This document shows, one piece after another, positions 1-9,693 of a stretch of 64,000 nt of DNA. Source of the DNA: Actinomycetes bacterium. Lineage in GTDB: Bacteria; Actinomycetota; Actinomycetes; S36-B12. A program made the translations under genes and the position numbers. The first letter of the stretch is position 1; the number at the start of each line of letters is the position of its first letter. The stretch spans positions 21,038 to 85,037 of the forward strand of contig BJGE01000002.1 of NCBI GenBank assembly GCA_014190275.1. Reading direction: 5' to 3'. The notes below the pieces were generated by a model, which had not been told where the DNA came from, made no database searches, and saw only the letters and a list, made by a program, of their open reading frames with translations.

Positions 1-1
1 C

Positions 2-616
2 GAGCACGCGCAGGCCATAACCGGTCCGCTTGTCACGGACCTCGGCGCCCTAGCCAAGCAACACGGTATCTGGTTGCATGGCGGCTCCTTCTGCGAAGAG
101 TCCGACGGTTCTTACTTCAACACCAGTGTGCTTTTTTCACCGGAGGGTGACCTGCGTGCCACCTACCGAAAGATCCACTTATTCGGTTTCGAGGGCGGTG
201 AGACAACTTTGATGAGCGGTGGCGAAGAGCTCGTAGTTGTTGACACTCCGCTGGGTGCGACCGGCATGGCTACGTGCTATGACCTACGCTTCCCGGAACT
301 CTTTCGTGCCTTAACCGAAGGTGGTGCCACCGCATTTTTGGTCACCTCAGGCTGGCCCACCTTGCGCATTGGACATTGGGATGTGCTGACCCAAGCGCGT
401 GCAATCGAGAACCAAGCTTGGCTTATTGCCTGCAATGAGGTTGGCGCGCAGCCAGGTATCGCCCTTGGCGGTCACTCGTGCGTTATCGATCCCAAAGGTG
501 TGGTCGTGGCTAGCGGCGGCGGCAGCGAGGAAATCATCTACGTCGATGTTGACCCCGAATTACCCGAGGCGTGGCGCGTGCGATTCCCCGTACTTGGTGA
601 TATCAGGTTGCGCTAG
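2..616 (+). CDS. carbon-nitrogen hydrolase (nitrilase superfamily) protein, 5' end cut by window edge
   Basis: The frame is open from base 2, with no stop before the listed ORF at 74. The translation has nitrilase-family hallmarks (FNTSVLFSPEG, YRKIHLF, the catalytic-Cys region ATCYDLRFPELFR, and NQAWLIACN). Confidence 0.8.
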   Translation, partial: EHAQAITGPLVTDLGALAKQHGIWLHGGSFCEESDGSYFNTSVLFSPEGDLRATYRKIHLFGFEGGETTLMSGGEELVVVDTPLGATGMATCYDLRFPELFRALTEGGATAFLVTSGWPTLRIGHWDVLTQARAIENQAWLIACNEVGAQPGIALGGHSCVIDPKGVVVASGGGSEEIIYVDVDPELPEAWRVRFPVLGDIRLR

Positions 617-623
617 CGGGGGA

Positions 624-1379
624 CTACATTTGGTCGATAGTGGCCAGCGTGCCGATGACGATCACCGGTCTTTTGGCTGGATCAAGCCACTGCATAATCT
701 CGGTCATGCGCTGCTCCGTGATCGCGATGCAGCCGGCAGTATTACTTCCGTTACTTACATGCAAGAAAATCCCGCCGCCACGGCTGGTGTCAGCCGGGGG
801 TGAAGTACGGCGGGCTCCGTTATCACCAACAGTTACCGGCCCCTTGGGCAAATTGAAATCTAGGACGGCCACGTAGTTGTATTGCATCCCGTACTGCCAA
901 AGTCGCTCAACGTATTTTCCGTATCCAGCCCAGGGCAGATCGGCATCCTGGAAAAGATTGTAGGTAGCTGGGTGTTCTGGATCGTAGGTCCACGCATCAC
1001 CCCGGTCGAATTCGGTGTAGGGCAAATTGGTACCTGGATTTGGGAGTCTGCCAAAGGCTGACTCAATTGCGAAGGTGCCAGCGGGAGTCTTACCTGTGCC
1101 CTGTCTGCGGTCAGCGGCTGGCACCAAGCCGCCGTACCCCAAGCGGGCAGGTGTCGCTTCAACCACCTGAACCCAGTTGCCGGTGGTGGACCTTTCAAAG
1201 GCGCGCAGCGTGCCCGAGGTTGAAGTCCATCGAGCGGCGGTAACCACAATTACCTGATTGGAGTTTTCGACGTGCGCCAGTTTTGTCGGGAACCACTCGG
1301 GTGCGGTTGGTTGCGCAGCCATTGCCTGAGGCGAAAGCATCACCAAGATAGCTACGGTGGCAACTGTTAGCCGGTGCAT
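624..1379 (-). CDS. secreted L,D-transpeptidase (YkuD domain) family protein
   Basis: It has an N-terminal signal peptide (MHRLTVATVAILVMLSPQAMAAQP). The C-terminal GGGIFLHVSNGSNTAGCIAI matches the YkuD His...Gly-Cys catalytic motif. Confidence 0.8.
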   Translation of the reverse strand: MHRLTVATVAILVMLSPQAMAAQPTAPEWFPTKLAHVENSNQVIVVTAARWTSTSGTLRAFERSTTGNWVQVVEATPARLGYGGLVPAADRRQGTGKTPAGTFAIESAFGRLPNPGTNLPYTEFDRGDAWTYDPEHPATYNLFQDADLPWAGYGKYVERLWQYGMQYNYVAVLDFNLPKGPVTVGDNGARRTSPPADTSRGGGIFLHVSNGSNTAGCIAITEQRMTEIMQWLDPAKRPVIVIGTLATIDQM

Positions 1380-1388
1380 CCGTGCAGA

Positions 1389-3422
1389 TTAGTCCTGTTT
1401 GTCGCGATCTGCCAAGAGGGCAAAGCGCGCGTTATACTCGGTCAACTCCGAGTCATTGTCTCGGTCGGCTTGGCGATCGAACCTCTTTGCCTCGCGCTCG
1501 TCACTTCTCGACCATTGGACAGCGATCACAATTAGGACGATGACGGTTGGTATTTCGGAAAGACCCCAAGCTACCTGGGCTCCGATCAAGGTGTCGCGCA
1601 GTGGATCCACAATCCATTCGGGTTGCACCACCCCATACCACTCGGAGGCCAACGGAGTTGAGGCCATCATCATGGCTACCGCAAAGAATCCATGCACGGA
1701 AAGGGCCAGCATCAGCATGAGCAGGCGTCCCCAATAGGGCAGCGGCTTGGGTCGCGGGTCAATGCCGATGAGAACCCAATAAAAGAGATAGCCGGCCGCT
1801 AAGAAATGGAATTGCATGAAAACGTGCCCAGCGTGACTACCCATTAACCAGCCGAATAGTGGGGTCATGTAGAGACCATAAAGACCGAGTACGTAGATAA
1901 AAAAAACATAAAAAGGATTGGTCAGGACGCGCGTAATCCAACTATGCAGGAACCACATCAACCACTCGCGTGGACCGCGCTCGGTGCCATGGGATGGTTT
2001 GAGCGCTCGCAGGGCGAGTGTCGCCGGGGCGCCGAGGACCAACATAATCGGTGCCAGCATCGTCATTGTCATGTGCTGAAACATGTGCAAGCCGACGGAG
2101 ACTTGTGAGTAGGTCGCAATGCCGGCATTGGTGCACCAGACCATGATGCCGATGCCGAGCAGCCAAGCGATCAGGCGTCCCCAGGGCCACTTATCGCCGC
2201 GGGCACGTAGGCGCGCGACACCAATGCAGTAAAGCGCAGCGCCAACAAGTCCCAAAGTCAAGAACAGTGGTTCGAGGCGAAAGCCCAGCCCGACGGTGAG
2301 CACCGTAGGTGGTGGGGGGTAGGCGAACCCGAGCAGGGTTTCACCGAATGAGTTGAAAGCTGTTTGCAGCCGTGGCGGTGCGCTGGAAGCAAGAGTTACG
2401 CCCAAGCCGACCGCGACCGCCATGATCGCAAGTTCTAGGCCGGCCATCCTGGCAAATAGTGAGACCCCGCCGGATTTACCAACTTTGGCAACTAGCCGAT
2501 CGCGCATGACCCAACCGATAGCACCCAGGCAAATAATTATTAGTGCTTTGGCGAGTACGACTTGACCGTACCCGGTGGTGATCAACTCAGTGATGGTGTC
2601 AAGGCGGGTGTATGCGTTAGCCACGCCGCTAACCGCTAGCAAAGTTACGGCGACGATAGCTATTGCGGAGAAGCGTTGCAAGGAGCGTTGCACCGATCCA
2701 TCGCGACGCATCGCGTGCAGCGCTAATGCCATTAGGCCACCGATCCAAACTACCGCAGCCAGAATGTGGGCAACTCCGGAGGTGATCGCGAGCGCGTGGT
2801 CACCAAGGCCCGCACCGTGGCCGCCCAGTACCGGCAGTGCGACGGCTACCAATGCCACGAGCAACCAACCGGCCTGGGCGCCGATGGTCGAGGTGATGAA
2901 GGCGCCGAAGGCCACGACAAAAGCCAGCAGTGCCGTGACCATCAGGGCGCGGGTGGCTGGAATGTCACTCGCATAGGTTGCGAAGACGGCAGGATTAACC
3001 GCCTGGCTAAGGGTGATGCCGAGGACGTTTGCTAGCACGAAAAACATCTGCATCAGGGCCAGCACGGACCAGATGAGTGCCGCTATGGAGGCACGAATGG
3101 CATCGACTCGACCGACTTGGGAAATCACCCCATCTTTACCGGCTGGGTCCAAAATGCACGCGGCCAGTAGCCAGCCGATAGTTGCGAGTGCAGCGATCTC
3201 GGTGAGAAGGCGCAGGGCTGGCACCCCCCAAACCACCAACGCCCCGGGATCAGGTAGCCCGGCAGCCGGTGGATCGTAGCTACCGCCGGCTACCACCAGT
3301 GATACTCCAAGTGCACTAACCGCCAGCGCCACGAGCGCAACGGTCAGTAGTGCGATAGCTCCATAGCCCAGTGGTTGCAGCGTGGTCCGTCGTTGGGCAG
3401 TTGGGGCACCGGTCCGGCTCAT
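1389..3422 (-). CDS. bifunctional copper resistance protein CopD / cytochrome c oxidase assembly factor CtaG-like membrane protein
   Basis: This 677-aa polytopic membrane protein has a CopD-like N-terminal half and a CtaG/caa3-like C-terminal half (HMFQHMTMTMLAPIMLVLGAP, HFLAAGYLFYW). Its start overlaps the upstream copC stop by 4 nt (ATGA). Confidence 0.8.
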   Translation of the reverse strand: MSRTGAPTAQRRTTLQPLGYGAIALLTVALVALAVSALGVSLVVAGGSYDPPAAGLPDPGALVVWGVPALRLLTEIAALATIGWLLAACILDPAGKDGVISQVGRVDAIRASIAALIWSVLALMQMFFVLANVLGITLSQAVNPAVFATYASDIPATRALMVTALLAFVVAFGAFITSTIGAQAGWLLVALVAVALPVLGGHGAGLGDHALAITSGVAHILAAVVWIGGLMALALHAMRRDGSVQRSLQRFSAIAIVAVTLLAVSGVANAYTRLDTITELITTGYGQVVLAKALIIICLGAIGWVMRDRLVAKVGKSGGVSLFARMAGLELAIMAVAVGLGVTLASSAPPRLQTAFNSFGETLLGFAYPPPPTVLTVGLGFRLEPLFLTLGLVGAALYCIGVARLRARGDKWPWGRLIAWLLGIGIMVWCTNAGIATYSQVSVGLHMFQHMTMTMLAPIMLVLGAPATLALRALKPSHGTERGPREWLMWFLHSWITRVLTNPFYVFFIYVLGLYGLYMTPLFGWLMGSHAGHVFMQFHFLAAGYLFYWVLIGIDPRPKPLPYWGRLLMLMLALSVHGFFAVAMMMASTPLASEWYGVVQPEWIVDPLRDTLIGAQVAWGLSEIPTVIVLIVIAVQWSRSDEREAKRFDRQADRDNDSELTEYNARFALLADRDKQD

Positions 3423-3955
3423 TTTCGTCCGCGCCTTGCCAAAATAATGACCGTGACTGTCGCTGCTAGGGCGAGGATTAGTCCCACGACGCCAATTGGG
3501 AAACCAGCTCCCGGTTGCCCAGCAACCACTGCAGTAGCAACGGGGGTAATAATTGGTGACGTACTCCCGATGGAGGGCGAGGAGCCGGCAAAGGTGTACG
3601 TGAAACTAATTGACCCGGTGACCGGATGGGCGTCCGCAGAGACGATCCGATAGGAAACGGTGTAAGTATCAGAGGGTAATTCCGCAGGCCAAGGGATGGT
3701 GACAATAGCGCCGGCCGAGGAGGCGACGGTGCCGCTGACAGCGGCACCGGAGCTGTTGGAAATCGCAACGGCGACGGCTTCTTCAAGTAGTGCTTCGTTG
3801 AACGTCAGCACCACCTTCGCGGGCGCAGCGCTAAGCACTGAGCCATCGACGGGGTCCGATGAAACCAATTGCGAGTGCGAATTGGCCGGCGCGAGGTTAA
3901 TGAAGAGCGCAAAGCCGCCGATGGCAAAGATCAATGCTGAGCGCCGGTGCTTCAT
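3419..3955 (-). CDS. CopC-domain copper-binding protein with C-terminal membrane anchor
   Basis: A signal peptide is followed by the mature N-terminus HSQLVSSDPVDGSVL, which is typical of CopC/YcnJ-type domains. The C-terminus is hydrophobic. Confidence 0.8.
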   Translation of the reverse strand: MKHRRSALIFAIGGFALFINLAPANSHSQLVSSDPVDGSVLSAAPAKVVLTFNEALLEEAVAVAISNSSGAAVSGTVASSAGAIVTIPWPAELPSDTYTVSYRIVSADAHPVTGSISFTYTFAGSSPSIGSTSPIITPVATAVVAGQPGAGFPIGVVGLILALAATVTVIILARRGRK

Positions 3956-4020
3956 CCCCTGATCCTACGAGCAATACAAGGTCGTCGCCGCAGCAGCAAA
4001 GATCATGGTAGTAACTTGGC

Positions 4021-5856
4021 CTAGAACGCTTCCTCAGGAAGTTCCATGACCTCAAGGGTGGTTGCCTCAGCAACCGCACGCTCGGCAGCAAGCAGTGGTA
4101 GGCGATTACGCGCGAACCACTTGGCTGTTTCGATTTTGCCTTGGTAGAAGGTGCGATCGCGATCGGAGGAACCTGCAGCGAGTGCCGCAATTGCGACTTC
4201 AGCTTGGCGTATCAGCAGCCAGCCAATTAATAAATCACCGGTGGCCATGAGCAGGCGGGTGGTGTTCAGCCCAACCCGGTAGATTTCTTTGGAGTCAGTT
4301 TGCGAAGCAGTGGCCCACTGCCCGAGCAGACCGATGATGGCCTGCACATCCTCCAAAGCCTTGCCGAGGAGTTCACGCTCCGTCGCCAATTGCCCGGATC
4401 CCTCATCACCTTTAACCGTCTCGGTGATCTGGGATCCGAGAAAGAAAATCGACCTGAACTGGTCGCGGACCATTTTGCGGAAGAAGAAATCGAGTCCCTG
4501 AATAGCAGTTGTGCCTTCATAAAGGGTATCGATCTTTGCGTCCCGCAGGTATTGCTCGATGGGGTAATCCTGCAGGTAGCCAGAGCCTCCGTAGGTCTGC
4601 AGCGACACCGCAAGCATTTCATACGAGCGTTCTGATCCCACGCCCTTGACGATTGGCAGGAGTAGATCATTCATCCGAAGTGCGACGTCGAGGTCTACGC
4701 CCTCAACCGCAGCCTCACCCATTTCCACTAGGTCCTGCCAGTAGGCGGTGTAGGCGATGAGGGCGCGCATCCCTTCGGCGTAGGACTTCTGCAGCATCAG
4801 GGACCGGCGAACATCTGGGTGATGAACAATCGTGACACGTGGTGCGGCTTTATCGGTCATCTGCGTGAGGTCAGCACCTTGTATGCGTGTCTTCGCATAA
4901 TCGAGGGCATTCAGGTAGCCGGTTGACAGGGTCGCTATGGCTTTCGTTCCGACCATCATGCGCGCATATTCGATGACCTTGAACATCTGCGCGATGCCGT
5001 CATGAACGTCGCCGATCAACCAACCGATTGCGGGTTCGTTCTCACTGAAAGTAAGTTCACAGGTGGTTGAGACCTTTAAGCCCATCTTCTTTTCAACGTT
5101 GGTTGCATAAACCCCGTTACGAGCGCCAAGTTCACCGGTCTGCAAGTCAAATAGGAATTTCGGTACGAGGAATAGCGAAAGACCCTTGGTACCAGGACCA
5201 GCACCTTCTGGACGCGCCAGCACCAAGTGCAAAATGTTTTCAGCCATGTCGTGCTCAGCGGACGAGATGAAACGTTTGACACCCTCAATGCGCCAGGTGC
5301 CATCGCCATTGTCGAACGCTTTGGCGCGACCCGCACCGACATCCGAACCGGCATCAGGCTCGGTTAGCACCATTGTCGAGCCCCAGGCCTTATCGATCGT
5401 GAAAATCGCTGCGCGTTTTTGATCTTCATTGCCGATGCTGTCGAGAATGCTGGCAAATCCCGGCCCGGACATATACATGAATGCGCCCGGGTTAGAGCCG
5501 AGCAGCAGCTCGCTGGCAGCCCACCGAAGTGACGGCGGTGCGCTAGATCCACCTAGGTGTTCGGGCAGGTCTAGGCGCCACCACTGTGACTCCATCAGCA
5601 GCCGGTAGGACTTTTTAAAACCCTCGGGCATGGCGACCGATTTGGTCTTTGGGTCATAAACAGGTGGATGGCGGTCTGAATCGGCGAAGGAGTCGGCGAG
5701 TTCACCGGTCGCTAGGCGCTCAACTTCGCGCAAGACATCATGTGCGGTGTCCTCATCCATCTCGGCAAATGGCCCTTGACCGATGCGGTCGCCAGCCCCG
5801 AAAACCTCGAAAAGGTTGAACTCCAGGTCACGAAGGTTGCTCTTGTAATGGCCCAT
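4021..5856 (-). CDS. long-form acyl-CoA dehydrogenase (FadE-type, 611 aa)
   Basis: The N-terminus [20 protein letters not shown] and the motifs LTEPDAGSD and [13 protein letters not shown] match the large actinobacterial acyl-CoA dehydrogenase family. Confidence 0.85.
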   Translation of the reverse strand: MGHYKSNLRDLEFNLFEVFGAGDRIGQGPFAEMDEDTAHDVLREVERLATGELADSFADSDRHPPVYDPKTKSVAMPEGFKKSYRLLMESQWWRLDLPEHLGGSSAPPSLRWAASELLLGSNPGAFMYMSGPGFASILDSIGNEDQKRAAIFTIDKAWGSTMVLTEPDAGSDVGAGRAKAFDNGDGTWRIEGVKRFISSAEHDMAENILHLVLARPEGAGPGTKGLSLFLVPKFLFDLQTGELGARNGVYATNVEKKMGLKVSTTCELTFSENEPAIGWLIGDVHDGIAQMFKVIEYARMMVGTKAIATLSTGYLNALDYAKTRIQGADLTQMTDKAAPRVTIVHHPDVRRSLMLQKSYAEGMRALIAYTAYWQDLVEMGEAAVEGVDLDVALRMNDLLLPIVKGVGSERSYEMLAVSLQTYGGSGYLQDYPIEQYLRDAKIDTLYEGTTAIQGLDFFFRKMVRDQFRSIFFLGSQITETVKGDEGSGQLATERELLGKALEDVQAIIGLLGQWATASQTDSKEIYRVGLNTTRLLMATGDLLIGWLLIRQAEVAIAALAAGSSDRDRTFYQGKIETAKWFARNRLPLLAAERAVAEATTLEVMELPEEAF

Positions 5857-5947
5857 GACCAGCCTGCTCCTTTGCTGCTATTGCCTTTGCGGCTTACCGG
5901 GGCGCCGAGCCCCGGGGCGAGGTTACCCGCCAGTAACCCAATAATGC

Positions 5948-5959
5948 TACTGATCAGTA
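5948..5959. promoter_or_regulatory. perfect 12-bp palindrome TACTGATCAGTA in divergent intergenic region (candidate operator)
   Basis: Read directly from the sequence. It lies between the fadE-like start (5856, minus) and the membrane-protein start (6030, plus). CAGTAAC occurs twice, at 5931 and 5955. Confidence 0.3.
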
Positions 5960-6029
5960 ACTTACGCAAGTGCCCGCCGCATTCGCCCCACCGGTGTCGC
6001 GGGCCCTGCTCATTCGCCACAATGGGGGG

Positions 6030-6518
6030 ATGACCGGCTTTTGGATGGCCTCGGTGACCCCGATCGCCCCGCCCAGGTCGGCCAATCCCACCCTGCGGTT
6101 CCTGCTCTACGCAGCTGCGCTAACCGGTGGCTGGGCCGCCCTGCTCTGCCTGTTGGTTTATGGCATTGGGCGCGCGCTCGGGGTGCCATTTGAGGTGCAA
6201 TCGGTGGTCGGGGGCAGCCAAATCGTCGTGCCGTGGCTCTTGGTCCTGATTGCGCCGTTACTCGCTGCGGTAGTAGGTGCACTGCTTTCAGCATTGATGT
6301 TGGGGCGCAGAAATGCGCGGCGCGTTGTCTATTGGGGTGGCACGCTGCTCGCCTTGATCTCCCTGGGTTCACCGCTAATGCAACCAGGTGACGTAATTTG
6401 GTCAACTCGAATCTGGTTGGTAATACTGCATGTGATCACTTGGTTCCTTGTCGTGCCGCAGCTGGCTCGAATAGTTGGGGATTCAGAGCCAGGAGCAAGT
6501 GTTGAACGCGACACGTAG
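6030..6518 (+). CDS. four-TM membrane protein (DUF6069-like), first gene of the ubiA-dprE1-dprE2 operon
   Basis: The translation from the ATG at 6030 (MTGFWMASV...) is hydrophobic, with about four predicted helices. Its 3' end overlaps the ubiA start. The family assignment is from memory only. Confidence 0.5.
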   Translation: MTGFWMASVTPIAPPRSANPTLRFLLYAAALTGGWAALLCLLVYGIGRALGVPFEVQSVVGGSQIVVPWLLVLIAPLLAAVVGALLSALMLGRRNARRVVYWGGTLLALISLGSPLMQPGDVIWSTRIWLVILHVITWFLVVPQLARIVGDSEPGASVERDT

Positions 6519-7407
6519 CGGCCGTTCGCTCCCGGTGGCGTTAGTTGCGGCGATGCGACCGAGGCAGTGGCTGAAGAACGTACTCGTTTTCGCGGCACCG
6601 CTGGCCGCCGGTTCGCTTTTCGAACGTTCGGTTATCGTCCCGACATTGGGAGCCTTCATCGCATTTTGCCTGATCTCAAGCTCGACGTACTTGATAAACG
6701 ACATTCGAGACGTTGACGCTGATCGGAACCACCCCGCTAAATGCAATAGGCCGATCGCCTCGGGCGACCTCAAGCCCATGGTCGCGACGGTCTTTTCTGT
6801 CGTACTCGCGTTGGCAGCGCTGGCATTGTCTTGGTGGATCAGGCCCGAACTAGCAGGCGTGGTTGCCATCTACTTCTTGTTCACGCTGTCTTATTCACTT
6901 TTCCTGAAGCATGAACCTGTTATTGAACTGGCTCTACTTGCCATGGGTTTCTTGTTAAGAGCAATCGCCGGTGGCGTCGCGTCAAGCTTGCCGATTTCAC
7001 AGTGGTTCTTAATCGTTGCCGGTTTCGGATCCTTATTTATGGCTGCCGGAAAGCGATTCAGCGAACTGGACCGGGCACTTAATGGGTCAGCGGACAGCCC
7101 AAGCGCGAAGCGCGCGAGCCTAGCTGGATATTCGCTCGGCTACCTGCGCTTTGTTTGGGGTATTGCCGCAGCGGTCACGATCGTGGCCTATTGCCTGTGG
7201 GCTTTTGAAGTAGGTCAGGCCCCGTCCACCTGGCCTTGGGCGCAGTGGAGTGTGCTGCCGTTTGTGCTGGCAATCCTGAGATACGGCGTTGCCATTGATC
7301 GTGGCCAGGCAGAGGCACCAGAGGATGCGGTATTGCATGACAAAGCGCTGCTCACGATCGGTGCGATCTGGCTTTTCTTATTTAGCCTTGGCGCCTTGGG
7401 TTTGTGA
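6499..7407 (+). CDS. ubiA: decaprenyl-phosphate phosphoribosyltransferase (UbiA family, DPPR synthase)
   Basis: It has the UbiA prenyltransferase motif NDIRDVDADRNHPAKCNRPIASG. A GTG start at 6499 gives 302 aa, and TTG at 6475 is an alternative. It is followed by dprE1 and dprE2. Confidence 0.8.
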   Translation: MLNATRSGRSLPVALVAAMRPRQWLKNVLVFAAPLAAGSLFERSVIVPTLGAFIAFCLISSSTYLINDIRDVDADRNHPAKCNRPIASGDLKPMVATVFSVVLALAALALSWWIRPELAGVVAIYFLFTLSYSLFLKHEPVIELALLAMGFLLRAIAGGVASSLPISQWFLIVAGFGSLFMAAGKRFSELDRALNGSADSPSAKRASLAGYSLGYLRFVWGIAAAVTIVAYCLWAFEVGQAPSTWPWAQWSVLPFVLAILRYGVAIDRGQAEAPEDAVLHDKALLTIGAIWLFLFSLGALGL

Positions 7408-8780
7408 TGTCGATGCTTTCACCGCTGCGGCGTGACGAGAACGAGCAACTGCTTTCGGGGTGGGGGCGCACCGCACCTTCGCTAGCCAAGGTGGTGCAGG
7501 TCGACTCGGTGGAACAAGTCCAAGAGTGCATCCGTGGTGCCGGACGAAGGGGCGTGCTGGCGCGCGGCCTGGGGCGTTCATATGGCGACGCGGCCCAAAG
7601 CGGCGGCGCCAATGTGCTCGACCTGCGGGCGATGTCGGCCATCTCGCTGAATGCCAGCACCGGAACCGTAACCGCAGGGGCCGGTCTGAGCCTCAACGAG
7701 CTGCTGCTAGCCACGGTGCCTGCGGGTTACTTTGTGCCAGTATCCCCGGGCACGCGGATGGTAACCGTGGCAGGTGCGATTGCCGCTGATGTGCATGGCA
7801 AGAACCATCATGTCGAGGGCACATTCGGTAACCATGTGCGGGAAATCAGTCTCGTTGACGGGCGCGGTGACTCACTAGAGCTTCGGCCCGACGACCCAAA
7901 GACTCAAGAGCAGTTCTGGGCGACGGTCGGCGGCATGGGTCTAACCGGAGTCATGACTGAGGCGACTTTCAAGATGATCCCAATATCAAGTTCGTTCATA
8001 AGTGTTGACACCGAAAGGTGTGCCGACCTTGATGCCGTGATGGCACGCATGATCGAAAGCGATGAGCAGTACCGATACAGCGTTGCGTGGATAGACAGTG
8101 TCTCAGCTGCCGGCCGTGGCGTGTTGACCCGAGGTGACCACGCGGCGGCCGACCAACTGCCGGTGTCAAAGCGCGAAACTGCACTGGACTACGGCCCGAA
8201 AGCCTTGGTGTCAGCACCCGGGTTGATTCCCGGCGGCCTGCTAAACAAATTGACCGTGCGAGCGTTCAATGAAGCTTGGTATCGCAAAGCACCTAAGCAT
8301 GAGCAGGGGGCGTTGCAGCCCATCTCAGAGTTCTTTCACCCGCTTGACTTCGTTGCGGACTGGAATCGCATTTACGGACCGCGTGGATTCGTACAATACC
8401 AATTCGTGGTGCCCGATGGCGCCGCTGAGATCATTGGGCTTGCCCTGCGCAAACTACAAAGCATCGGTGCTCCGAGTTTCCTGACGGTTCTGAAGAGGTT
8501 TGGTGCCGCCAACCCGGCGCCGCTGTCCTTTCCGCAGCCGGGCTGGACACTGGCCGCTGATGTGCCGGCGGGCATCTCGGGGCTCGCGGCGGTCTTGGAT
8601 GAGTTAGATGAGTTAGTGGCTGACGCGGGTGGCCGTTTGTACCTAGCCAAGGACTCACGGCAGTCACCAGACATGTTCGCGCGCACCTATCCGCGCCTTA
8701 CGCAGTGGCAGCGCACCCGCGATCAGATGGACCCAAAAGGAATTTTCAAGTCAGACCTAGCCAGGAGGTTGTCTTTGTGA
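7404..8780 (+). CDS. dprE1: decaprenylphosphoryl-beta-D-ribose 2'-oxidase (FAD-dependent)
   Basis: The 458-aa translation has an FAD-binding PCMH-type N-terminus (LARGLGRSYGD) and the conserved GFVQYQFVVP and LSFPQPGW blocks. Its start overlaps the ubiA stop (GTGA). Confidence 0.85.
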   Translation: MMSMLSPLRRDENEQLLSGWGRTAPSLAKVVQVDSVEQVQECIRGAGRRGVLARGLGRSYGDAAQSGGANVLDLRAMSAISLNASTGTVTAGAGLSLNELLLATVPAGYFVPVSPGTRMVTVAGAIAADVHGKNHHVEGTFGNHVREISLVDGRGDSLELRPDDPKTQEQFWATVGGMGLTGVMTEATFKMIPISSSFISVDTERCADLDAVMARMIESDEQYRYSVAWIDSVSAAGRGVLTRGDHAAADQLPVSKRETALDYGPKALVSAPGLIPGGLLNKLTVRAFNEAWYRKAPKHEQGALQPISEFFHPLDFVADWNRIYGPRGFVQYQFVVPDGAAEIIGLALRKLQSIGAPSFLTVLKRFGAANPAPLSFPQPGWTLAADVPAGISGLAAVLDELDELVADAGGRLYLAKDSRQSPDMFARTYPRLTQWQRTRDQMDPKGIFKSDLARRLSL

Positions 8781-9535
8781 ACGATGCACTCGGTGATCCG
8801 CAGTCGGTACTTGTCCTAGGGGGCACCAGCGAGATTGCTCTGGCCACGGTGCGGGCTTTACCGCGTCATCGCCTTAAGCGAGTGGTGTTAGCGGGGAGGC
8901 CGTCACCCGCGCGTAATGCAGCGATCGCTGCGCTAACCGGTGCGGGTATTCAAGGGGTTTCAGCGATTGATTTTGAGGCCAAGAACACCGCGGAGCACGC
9001 GTTGCTAATTAATCAGGTTTTCGATGCCGGGGATATCGACGTGGTTCTCTTGGCTTTCGGGGTGCTCGGTAACCAGGATGAAGGTGAGGCTAACCCGGAT
9101 CTTGCGGTGGAGGTTGCTACCACCAACTACACCGGTGCGGTTAGTGTCGGCCTGCGGGTCGCAGCGCGATTAAAGGATCAAGGCCACGGCTCGCTCGTGG
9201 TCTTCTCAAGTGTTGCCGGTGACCGGGCCCGCCGATCCAATTTCATCTATGGGTCCACGAAAGCTGGTCTCGATGCCTTCGCACAAGGCCTCGGTGACGC
9301 ATTGCATGGCTCGGGAGCAAATGTTCTTGTTGTCCGGCCCGGCATGGTGCGTACGAAAATGACCACCGGTATGCCCGAAGCACCGATGACGACCGACCCA
9401 GAAGTGGTAGCGAATATTGTTGTAGCGGGGTTACGCAAAGGCAAGAACACTGTTTATGCTCCGGGGCCGCTGCGCTTGGTCATGACCGCGCTGAAGGCTT
9501 TACCGCGCCCGGTGTTCAGGCGCCTCCCGCAATAG
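8777..9535 (+). CDS. dprE2: decaprenylphospho-2'-keto-ribose reductase (SDR family)
   Basis: The GTG at 8777 overlaps the dprE1 stop (GTGA). It has an SDR glycine motif (VLGGTSEIA) and YGSTKAG catalytic residues. Confidence 0.8.
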   Translation: MNDALGDPQSVLVLGGTSEIALATVRALPRHRLKRVVLAGRPSPARNAAIAALTGAGIQGVSAIDFEAKNTAEHALLINQVFDAGDIDVVLLAFGVLGNQDEGEANPDLAVEVATTNYTGAVSVGLRVAARLKDQGHGSLVVFSSVAGDRARRSNFIYGSTKAGLDAFAQGLGDALHGSGANVLVVRPGMVRTKMTTGMPEAPMTTDPEVVANIVVAGLRKGKNTVYAPGPLRLVMTALKALPRPVFRRLPQ

Positions 9536-9693
9536 CCCGAAGACGACTGCGAACTACTAGTAATTCAGAAAAAAGCGAGGGTAGCTTGGACCGTTTGATG
9601 GTCAGATGCTTGGTATTCAGTGTTGAACGCCCGACCAATGACGAGCGGGCCCGCATCACCTAATTACGAGACCGCTCGGCTAGCTGGCCAGTC

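Noticed and set aside
9641-9656. GAGCGGG...CCCGCAT in the spacer resembles the two ends of the tRNA-Gly 3' segment (a possible att remnant).
   Set aside because: Only two 7-nt matches are shared, and they also form a simple local hairpin. This is too short to distinguish from chance without an alignment statistic.
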